Below are positions 1-7,900 of a stretch of 64,000 bases of DNA, in pieces. Below the pieces are notes generated by a model, which had not been told where the DNA came from, did no database searches, and saw only the letters and a program-made list of their open reading frames with translations. Position 1 is the stretch's first letter. Each line of letters starts with the position of its first letter. The translations under genes were made by a program, and so were the position numbers. The DNA comes from Candidatus Dadabacteria bacterium (GTDB lineage Bacteria > Desulfobacterota_D > UBA1144 > Nemesobacterales > CSP1-2). The stretch is taken from positions 1-64,000 of the forward strand of contig CAWDVW010000007.1 in NCBI GenBank assembly GCA_963805855.1, read 5' to 3'.

Positions 1-44
1 CTGGGGCCTGGCATGCAAATTGACTTTTCCAGGGAACCGGGTTA

Positions 45-380
45 TCAAGCAAGGTGTCGTTTCCGTTTCATTGGGCCGAAGCGTATCTCTACCCGTTTAT
101 TCAGGGCAGCAGCGACGCGTCTCAGCATGCCCAGTGAATGCCCTTCATAGTCAGCGTCTTCAAGCCGACAGATTACGGAGGCAGTAGTTCCTACAAGTTT
201 CGCTAGTTCCCGCTGGGTGAGGCCAGCCTTTGTCCGGAGTTCGTAAATCTTCCGTGCGATCTCAGCGTTAGCACGTTCCTCCTCCAATAGGGACAATCTT
301 TCAGGCTTGCCCTCAAAGTATCGGCGGTGGAGAATCTCAACGGCGTCAGTCGATTGTTTCTTTTTCTTTCGCAAATTCAA
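45..380 (-). CDS. XRE-family HTH antitoxin (HigA-like)
   Basis: HTH motif 'RTKAGLTQRELAKLVGTTASVICRLED'; overlaps the toxin stop by 4 nt. Confidence 0.88.
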   Translation of the reverse strand: MNLRKKKKQSTDAVEILHRRYFEGKPERLSLLEEERANAEIARKIYELRTKAGLTQRELAKLVGTTASVICRLEDADYEGHSLGMLRRVAAALNKRVEIRFGPMKRKRHLA

Positions 381-745
381 AATCCCTCCAATGTATGACG
401 TTTTGGATTGCGTTCAAATTTCTTTTTCCGCTCGACAGCCTTCCTGATTTCTATCGGCGGAATGGTTCTTTCCTTAACTAGACCTTGTGAGACCACTGCA
501 GTTGTCGTGCCATGAAAGAAATATAGCATCCTGTAGTTGACGCCCCGGTAGCCTACGCGAAGTTCATAGATGCCGTCACGTAAATACTCAGCTTCAGGTC
601 GTCGAAGCTTGTGCCCTTGCTCCTTGAGACGCTCAATTCTCACGAGGCACTTGGCTTTAACCTTGTCGGGAAGGGCATCAAGCCAGTCAAGGACCGGGAC
701 TGCTCCATCTGCTTCACAATAGAATACTACCCTCGCTTTAGGCAA
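377..745 (-). CDS. RelE/ParE-superfamily toxin (HigB/Gp49-like)
   Basis: 'PVLDWLD...GHKLRRPEAEYLRDGIYELRV...YRMLYFF' signature; lies upstream of the antitoxin. Confidence 0.88.
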   Translation of the reverse strand: MPKARVVFYCEADGAVPVLDWLDALPDKVKAKCLVRIERLKEQGHKLRRPEAEYLRDGIYELRVGYRGVNYRMLYFFHGTTTAVVSQGLVKERTIPPIEIRKAVERKKKFERNPKRHTLEGF

Positions 746-758
746 TTTTTGTCTTTAA

Positions 759-787
759 ATTATTCGCAATGTTGCGAACAATGTCAA
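759..787 (-). promoter_or_regulatory. sigma70-type promoter of the higBA-like TA operon with a palindromic operator
   Basis: Minus strand TTGACA(787-782)-17 nt-AATAAT(764-759); palindrome TTCGCAA-tg-TTGCGAA at 763-778 lies in the spacer and touches the -10. Confidence 0.7.
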
Positions 788-849
788 TACGGCACCTTTC
801 CCGAGAACAAAGCTAGGAGCCAGGCATGCAAATTGACAATTGCTGACAC

Positions 850-877
850 GATGCAGGATGCATGATCTATGATGCAG
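850..877 (+). repeat. Heptamer tandem repeat (GATRCAN)n, single arm
   Basis: gatgcag gatgcat gatctat gatgcag. Confidence 0.6.
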
Positions 878-1132
878 AAAATGAAAGAAGGGGTCAAATC
901 TACAATTGACAATTCTTTTGAATGATTTTTCCTGTTCCCCGCTTTTTTGCATGCTATCTTTATTACCTCCCTCATTATCAACTTCGTCCTTCGTGTCTTC
1001 CTTGTTTTCGTTATGGATCCCCGATTACGGCATTCGGATATGACAGAGTTAGTTGAGACATTTGTAGAATCCTTGAAAATTTGCTATTATAGAATCGTAT
1101 TACAAAATATGTATCGATATGGAGGTTGTATT

Positions 1133-1339
1133 GTGGAGACAGTTACTGTTTCTACGAAATATCAGGTGGTTATTCCCAGAAGAATCCGTGAGCTGCTTGG
1201 CATTCGGCCCGGTCAGAAGGTGCAGGTTATCCAATACGAAAACCGGATCGAGCTAATTCCTCTGGTGCCGATTCACAAAGCACGTGGGTTTCTAAAAGGC
1301 ATCAACACGAAGGTAGAGCGTGAACGAGACCGCCTATGA
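1133..1339 (+). CDS. AbrB/MazE/SpoVT-family antitoxin (VapB-like)
   Basis: 'TVTVSTKYQVVIPRRIRELLGIRPGQKV'; GTG start at 1133 after GGAGG (1121-1125), preferred over the ORF-track start at 947. Confidence 0.88.
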   Translation: METVTVSTKYQVVIPRRIRELLGIRPGQKVQVIQYENRIELIPLVPIHKARGFLKGINTKVERERDRL

Positions 1340-1710
1340 ATATAGTAGATTCATCGGGCTGGCTTGAGTATTTTGCCAACGGACCGAATGCGGATTTCTA
1401 TGCTCCCGCGATTGAGAACGTTTCTGAACTGATTGTTCCATCCATAAGTATTTACGAGGTATTCAAACGAGTGCTTCAGCAGCGTAGTGAAAGCGAAGCT
1501 CTCCTTGCAATTGCATTGATGGAACAGGGGCAAGTCGTGAATTTAGATACAATTATTGCCCTAAGCTCCGCAAGGATGTCAATAGACCTAAAGTTGCCAA
1601 TGGCTGACAGTGTCATGCTAGCAACGGCTCGGGCCTTTAATGCTGCGTTGTGGACTCAAGACTCCGATTTTAAAGGCATTGAAGATGTACAGTACATTGA
1701 AAAAGGATGA
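1336..1710 (+). CDS. vapC: PIN-domain toxin (VapC family)
   Basis: 'IVDSSGWLEYF', 'SIYEV', 'LPMADS', 'LWTQDSDF' PIN motifs; ATGA overlap with the antitoxin. Confidence 0.9.
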   Translation: MNIVDSSGWLEYFANGPNADFYAPAIENVSELIVPSISIYEVFKRVLQQRSESEALLAIALMEQGQVVNLDTIIALSSARMSIDLKLPMADSVMLATARAFNAALWTQDSDFKGIEDVQYIEKG

Positions 1711-1930
1711 AGAAGAAGATATGGAGCAGGACATTAGTAACTGAAAAAGGCGGGGTCAGTCCTGAACCTTATGTCAGTTACATTGGTGTAAGACCTAAAA
1801 TTGACAATATGTTTTAGTTATTTTCCTCCCCGCTATTTTTTGAATTGTCTTTGCCACTTACCTCATCAGGAACTTCCTTATTCTTGTCTTTTACTTTCCG
1901 TCGAAGCTGCCTAAATCGTCTATAAAAAAC

Positions 1931-2232
1931 GAGATCGCCAAAGGGCTTTGCCCTTCGGGATGAGAAAAAAGAAAAGATTTCTCACATCCGTTCGAAATGA
2001 CAGGTCGGCCGGATTGGCAGATGGCTTCGCACCCTTCGACTGTGCCCTTCGATCCAGGACAGGCTCGGGGTAAACTGCTCATGGCAATGCTGTCCGAAAT
2101 CCTCCCTAACCCTCCTTTACGTAAAGGAGGGGACATTAGGTCCCCCCCTTCGCCAAAGGAGAGAAGGAAATTGTGGATTCCCGATAACACTTGTCCTCGA
2201 AATCATTGATCGGGGAATCCTCGGGAATGACT
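1931..2232. repeat. Cluster of short palindromic intergenic repeat remnants from several families
   Basis: GAGATCGCC...GGGATGA, AGATTTCTC...TTCGAAATGACA, CCCTTCGAC...GCTCGGG, CCCTCCTTT..AAAGGAGGG and TGGATTCCC...GGGAATGAC in tandem. Confidence 0.55.
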
Positions 2233-2365
2233 TTTGGCGGAGGGTTGCGGCTATTAGCATTGGGTTACACATGGTAGTTTCTTCTTAAAATTATATTATA
2301 AACTTGATGATCAATGCCAAAAGAGTATAAATATTATGAGTGAACTCTCGATCTTCTAATTAATT

Positions 2366-4649
2366 TTGGGTTTGCTCCATGGTAAATTTATGATGATGGA
2401 AGTGGCTGTTAAGAGGATTATTTTTCTCAACCCCCCTGGAATTATAGAAGGGATATTAATTTCTATTCTACTTGTAATAGTAGCTTATGCTACTCTCAAA
2501 AGCATACAAGGCTTAGATTCTATAAAGAAAAAGATCATAATTGCACTTCTGTACTTAGCTTCGTTGTCCATGATTCTATTAATGCTGTTGAATCCTGCTT
2601 TGAAGGTTGAAAATTACAGAGAAGAAAAGCCGACGCTGGCAGTTCTAATTGATAACTCATGGAGTATGAATCTCCCTTTTGGTTCTGAAGGTGTTTCGAG
2701 AATTCGAAAAAGTAAGGGATTATCTCAGTAATAACAAGGCTTTTATCTCTGATATTGAAAAGAAATTCTTCGTCAAGTATTACACATTCGATAATTCACT
2801 TGATGCCTCGTCGTTGGATTACGTTAATGGTACAGACCCAGATGGGTCGGATACGAATATAGTTAAATCCATAGAGGAACTGGTTGCAGACCAAGCTCCG
2901 AATAAAGTCGATTCTGCTATCATTTTCTCTGATGGAGCCGAAAATGGGGGATTAGAAGGAATTCCTGAGAGTTTTCCTCGGGACATCAATTTTAAGATAA
3001 GCACTGTCTTTGCTTCGGATGAAGGTAATTTGCCTGACCTCTGGATAGACAACGTCAAATCAACAGATGTCGCGTTTATAAGATTTCCTATTCATATAGG
3101 AGTTACCGTTAAATCAATCGGTTTTGGAGGCATGTCTATCCCTCTAGCACTAAAGGAAGGAGAACGTGTAATTTCGATAAAAGATATTTTGATTGATAGC
3201 AGGTCTGGTCAGGGTGTTGTGGATTTTTTAGTTACGCCAAATTCTCTCGGTAGAAAAGTATACACGGTGAGTATCCCTAGGGTTGAAGGAGATTTTATTC
3301 AACAAAACAATCAATTGTCATTTGTATGTGACGTTATCATCGATAAGATTCGCGTACTTCATATTTCTGGCAGGCCATCGTGGGATGTAAGGTTTTTACG
3401 TAAGGCATTAAAAAGAAACCCAAATATCGATTTGGTTTCTTTCTTTATATTGAGAGAAGCTACAGATTTAGTCTTTGCGCCCCAGGATGATCTAAGTTTA
3501 ATTCCATTTCCCGCAACTGAGATATTTGGGAAAGATCTCGATTCATTTGACGTCGTTATATTTCAGAACTTTGACTTCCGACCATACGGCATCTTTGGTA
3601 CTCAGCTAGAGAATTTGAAGAATTTTGTTGTTCGAGACGGCGGAGGCTTTCTCATTATAGGGGGGGGCAACTCATTTAACAGCATAGATTATGAAAGCTC
3701 GGCGATTGCCGATATTCTGCCAGTCAAGTTAGGTTACTCGTCCGGTGGAGATAACAGTTCATTCGATGACAGAGAGTTTCTAACCGATTTAACTGAAGTA
3801 GGGATCAGACATCCGATCTTAAGAATAATTCCCAATGAATATGATAATGAAAAAAATTGGATGCAATTACCCGGACTGGAAGGCTTGAATAGCGTAAGAG
3901 AACTAAAATCGAGAGCCATACCTCTTATAACAACGCAGGGAGGAGAGCCTCTTTTGGTCATACAGCAGTTAAGTGAAGGCAAGGTTGCGACATTCCTTTC
4001 CGATTCTTCATGGAAATGGGGTTTCATGGGCGCAGGCGAAGGAAATATCTCCGCTTACTATGAAAGGTTCTGGAATAGGTTGCTTCTGTGGCTTATAGAT
4101 GATCCAGAACTTAGAGAAATTAGATTAAAAACCGATAAGTCGTCTTATACGGTGGGGGAGAAACCAAAGATAGATGTATTGAAAGCTAACGATCTACAAA
4201 AAGATGACACGATCAAGGTCACGATGGTAACTCCAGACGGTAGAGACGTAAGACTGGATGTCAAAAGTGTGTCGAGTGATACATTAAATTCCCGACCCCA
4301 TGTTGAAGAAAACGGAATTTATACAATAAAAGCTCGAATCGAGCGGAAAGATAACTCTGTTGAGAAGGACATCAGCGCTCAGACAGTTTTCGTCGTTGAG
4401 CCGCCTGAAAATGAAATCAAAGGACCCACAACTAACGAAACTCTACTGAAACTACTCGCCGATAAAACGGGTGGGGAATCCATAACATTAAGTGATGATC
4501 CAGATCGGTTAGGGATCGAATCTACTCCGATTAAGAAGATTACCGGTTATAGGACGGAGGAGTTATGGGATAAGTACTGGATATTTATCTTGTTGGTCCT
4601 CCTTTTGGCTTCTGAGTGGATATTACGAAGAAAATGGGGTCTCAAATAA
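2366..4649 (+). CDS. Membrane-anchored vWA-like/class I glutamine amidotransferase-like domain protein; split by an apparent +1 indel near 2702
   Basis: ORF 2366-2731 has TM helices and 'LAVLIDNSWSM'; ORF 2679-4649 has 'IFSDG', 'RVLHISGRPSWDVRFLRKALKRNPNIDLVSFFILR' and a C-terminal 'LLASEWILRRKWGL'; the two join by removing one base. Confidence 0.75.
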
Positions 4650-4701
4650 CGGGTAAATCAAAAATTATAGCGGAGATTGTTTCGCGCGGAGATAACCATA
4701 A

Positions 4702-5466
4702 ATGCTTTTCACAGTAGATATAGGAAATACTAATATAATGTTCGGAATATTTAAGGAACGATATCTGATTAATCACTGGAGAATAGGAACTGACAAGAAT
4801 AAGACGTCTGATGAATATGGGGTTCTCTTCAGAAGCCTACTCGCTATTAGGGGGGTTGAGGTAAATTCGATTCGCGGAGCAGTTATCTCCTGTGTGGTAC
4901 CAACCCTACTGGATGTAATAGTAAAAGCATTGAAGTCATATTTTGACGTGAACCCGCTAGTTGTGGAGCCCGGAATAAAAACAGGTATGCCCATTCTCTA
5001 TCATAATCCGAAGGATGTGGGTGCTGATAGAATAGTGAATGCAGTAGCTGCCTTTGATGAGTATAAGAGTAGCGTTATAGTAGTTGATTTCGGGACTGCT
5101 ACGACATTTGATTGCGTGTCCGAAAAGGGCGAATATCTAGGTGGAACTATTGCGACAGGAATACTCGTCTCCGCAGAGGCCCTTTTTGGATCGGCTTCAA
5201 AACTTCCAAGGGTCGAGATTGTTACACCAAAAACGGTGATAGGGAAAAACACGGTACATTCCATGCAGTCTGGACTGGTCTTTGGATATGCTGGTCTAGT
5301 AGACGGAATTGTCGGTAGGATCAAGGATGAGATGGGTACTAGCCCAAAGGTAGTTGCAACAGGGGGGCTCGCCAGCGTAATTGCTTCTGAGAGTAAATCG
5401 TTGCAGTATATAGATGAATTTCTCTCCTTGAAAGGACTCAGATTGGTATATGAATGGAACACATAG
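4702..5466 (+). CDS. coaX: Type III pantothenate kinase
   Basis: 'VDIGNTN', 'VGADRIVN', 'VVDFGTATTFD', 'VATGG'. Confidence 0.96.
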   Translation: MLFTVDIGNTNIMFGIFKERYLINHWRIGTDKNKTSDEYGVLFRSLLAIRGVEVNSIRGAVISCVVPTLLDVIVKALKSYFDVNPLVVEPGIKTGMPILYHNPKDVGADRIVNAVAAFDEYKSSVIVVDFGTATTFDCVSEKGEYLGGTIATGILVSAEALFGSASKLPRVEIVTPKTVIGKNTVHSMQSGLVFGYAGLVDGIVGRIKDEMGTSPKVVATGGLASVIASESKSLQYIDEFLSLKGLRLVYEWNT

Positions 5467-5839
5467 ATTCCTGATTCAAAAACATCATACTGAACATCCC
5501 CATTTCGATCTTAAGCTGGAATTTGGCGACTCGATGAAGTCATGGATTCTCCCGAATAGAATTCCTTGCGAGGGTAGCGTCAAGACCATAGCGATTGAAA
5601 TGAACGACTGCGCCTTTAATTCAGATGTATTTATGAGTGCAATAGATGATCAGTATGGTATTGGAGAAGCCGAGATATGGGACAGGGGTCATTATGATAT
5701 CATCACTATAAGCAACGAAAAAATAAAACTCGATGCAAAGGGAGAGCGGTTCAAAGGTCGTTTTGTCTTTATAGTTCCTAGTTGGGGCAGATGGACCGGC
5801 AAAAGATTGTGGGTGCTTATAAAAATATATGACCGCTAA
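5450..5839 (+). CDS. Standalone LigD-type DNA 3'-phosphoesterase domain protein (divergent)
   Basis: 'FLIQKH..EHPHFDLKLE...KSWILP', 'YGIGEAEIWDRGHY'. Confidence 0.75.
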   Translation: MNGTHRFLIQKHHTEHPHFDLKLEFGDSMKSWILPNRIPCEGSVKTIAIEMNDCAFNSDVFMSAIDDQYGIGEAEIWDRGHYDIITISNEKIKLDAKGERFKGRFVFIVPSWGRWTGKRLWVLIKIYDR

Positions 5840-5922
5840 TTTATTTCCGGCTAGGGTGTATTACCTTGCCACTATTCCACCCAGATGATACCCTAATTAC
5901 AAAGGGGTATTAAGGATTAAAG

Positions 5923-7542
5923 ATGGCAAAATTTGGGGATAACTATTGTTGGATGATTAAGAATGATCCACGCGTATGTCCTTTCATCAAACCGGGTGAC
6001 GAGTACCTGTTAAATGATCTCGAGGCTCGAATCAGGGAAAAGTGTATAGGCTGTCAGGAACTCCGTAATGACTTAAGTTTTCTTTCAATGGAAAAGGGAT
6101 CTACGTATGAAGTACTTCCTATTGTTTTAGATGAGCTTGTAAAAAAGGAGCAGAAGATCAGAAAATTTGGGAAGTCCCTGGAAATAAAAGAAGAAATGTT
6201 TGATATTCTTGTACATCTTTCGACCTCTCTGAAATTAGTGCTGGATGTCGATGAAATTCTTTATAAGGCTTTAGTGGCCTTTACCGCAGGAAGTAGCATT
6301 GGTTTTAACAGGGCGATCTCCTTACTGGCGGATGATAGGAAACTTTCAGGTCATTTCGCAATGGGTCCATTAGACCGGCATGAAGCCTTATCTATTTGGC
6401 ACGAAATATCAGATAAAAAACTTACTCTGGAGGAGCTTCTTGTATTTTCTCCGACTATATTCCATAAGGAAAGGGAAAAGTTTAGAGAGGTTCTGGACGC
6501 TATGGAATTCAGCTTAGAGGAAGATCCATTCAGAAGCGTATTTCAATCAGAAAACAGTATCAGATTCTCGGATGGAGAAAGGTTACCGGGTGTTCTTCGT
6601 GATTTTTATAAAGATACCCCTTTCTGGATTATTCCCCTTCTTTCACATCTAAGACGTCCGCTAGGTGTTGTGTTGCTCGACAATTTTCTCACGAAAAAAG
6701 AGTTGTCAGTAGAAGAAGTGAAAGCCTTAGAAATCTTTGCACTTGAGATCTCACTTGCACTGGAGCGCGGAATCACGTATGAGGAACTCGAAGGGAAGGT
6801 CGAAACTCTTGAGGAGGCAAATGTGAGGTTAAGGGAGCATCACGAACTTATTACTAAGCTGAGGGCCGAAGCTCAAATTGGGGATATGGTACTCCAGCTA
6901 ACCCACTCGTTTAAAAATCCTGTGATTGCAATTGCGGGTCTGGCTAGGATTTTAAAAAAGAAGATCCAGCCGAATCAACCTATTTACCGACACGCAAATG
7001 CTTTGCTCGAAGAAGCCCTAAAACTTGAAAAAACGCTAAGAGATTTTGTCGCTTATACAAGAACAAAGTATTTGTCGGATACATCAGAGATAGATATCAA
7101 CAAGGTTGTCGGACTTCTGTACGAGGAGAAAAAATCGGCCGGGATACAACAGGATATTACCTTTCATCTCGGTCTCTCTGAAGATCTTCCACCTGTTTTG
7201 GGGAACGAGTATCAGATCTATACGTGTCTTGAAAACATTGTGAACAATTCCATCGAGGCGATGCCTGATGGCGGTGCGCTTTATATCGCCACGAAAACAC
7301 AGAACGGCTCAATTGCCATTGAGGTAGCTGATACAGGCCCGGGTATTTCAGAAGAAGTAATGAGAAACCTTTTCACGCCATTTTTCACAACCAAAAGCGT
7401 TGGAAGTGGGCTAGGTCTATATACATCAAAAGAGATCATAGAGAAAATGGGCGGTAACATTTCGGTACATTGTGTGAAAGATAAGGGTTGTGCGGTAACA
7501 TTAAGTTTTCCCCTGGCGGGTGAAAAAGAAGATTATGAGTAA
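5923..7542 (+). CDS. Cytoplasmic sensor histidine kinase (Cys-rich N-terminus, GAF-like domain, HisKA, HATPase)
   Basis: H-box 'LTHSFKNP', N-box 'NIVNNSIEAM', 'DTGPGI', 'FTPFFTTK', 'GSGLGL'; no TM segment seen. Confidence 0.92.
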   Translation: MAKFGDNYCWMIKNDPRVCPFIKPGDEYLLNDLEARIREKCIGCQELRNDLSFLSMEKGSTYEVLPIVLDELVKKEQKIRKFGKSLEIKEEMFDILVHLSTSLKLVLDVDEILYKALVAFTAGSSIGFNRAISLLADDRKLSGHFAMGPLDRHEALSIWHEISDKKLTLEELLVFSPTIFHKEREKFREVLDAMEFSLEEDPFRSVFQSENSIRFSDGERLPGVLRDFYKDTPFWIIPLLSHLRRPLGVVLLDNFLTKKELSVEEVKALEIFALEISLALERGITYEELEGKVETLEEANVRLREHHELITKLRAEAQIGDMVLQLTHSFKNPVIAIAGLARILKKKIQPNQPIYRHANALLEEALKLEKTLRDFVAYTRTKYLSDTSEIDINKVVGLLYEEKKSAGIQQDITFHLGLSEDLPPVLGNEYQIYTCLENIVNNSIEAMPDGGALYIATKTQNGSIAIEVADTGPGISEEVMRNLFTPFFTTKSVGSGLGLYTSKEIIEKMGGNISVHCVKDKGCAVTLSFPLAGEKEDYE

Positions 7543-7900
7543 AATCTTGGTAGTAGATGATGAACAAAACATAAGATTTGTTTTCAAAGAGGTATTGACT
7601 GAGGAAGGTTACGATGTGTTTGAGGCACAATCGGCAGAGGATACATTTGATATCCTTAGTCGTGAACTAATTGACCTTGTACTTTTGGATATAAAATTAA
7701 GATCCGAGAGCGGCCTTGATATACTCAAGAGGATAACAAGGGAGTTTCCGGATACACCTGTGCTATTATGTTCGGCTTATGTTGCCTTTCAAAATGGTAA
7801 TGCCTCGTGGCTTGCCGATGGTTATCTGGTAAAATCGAGTGTTCCGGAGGAGCTATTGGAAGAGGTTGACAAAGTTTTGAAAATGAGAGGGAAGGTATAA
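7535..7900 (+). CDS. Single-domain response regulator
   Basis: 'KILVVDDE', 'LVLLDIKL', 'SAY', 'YLVKS'; ATG 7535 preferred. Confidence 0.92.
   Translation: MSKILVVDDEQNIRFVFKEVLTEEGYDVFEAQSAEDTFDILSRELIDLVLLDIKLRSESGLDILKRITREFPDTPVLLCSAYVAFQNGNASWLADGYLVKSSVPEELLEEVDKVLKMRGKV

Larger units (their letters stand above)
3..1807 (+). repeat. Dispersed ~22-bp GGGGYCA...AATTGAC repeat family around the TA modules
   Basis: Copies at 3-24 and 816-837 (20/22 identical), related copies at 890-912 and 1785-1807, partial copy at 1752-1763. Confidence 0.6.

Noticed and set aside
611-1132. Short ORFs 611-865, 755-952, 784-981 and the 947-1132 extension of the antitoxin
   Set aside because: They run through promoter and repeat DNA with no recognisable domain; the antitoxin has a clear RBS and GTG at 1133.
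1891-2209. ORFs 1891-2190 (-) and 1997-2209 (+)
   Set aside because: Translations of the palindromic repeat cluster; no RBS or domain.
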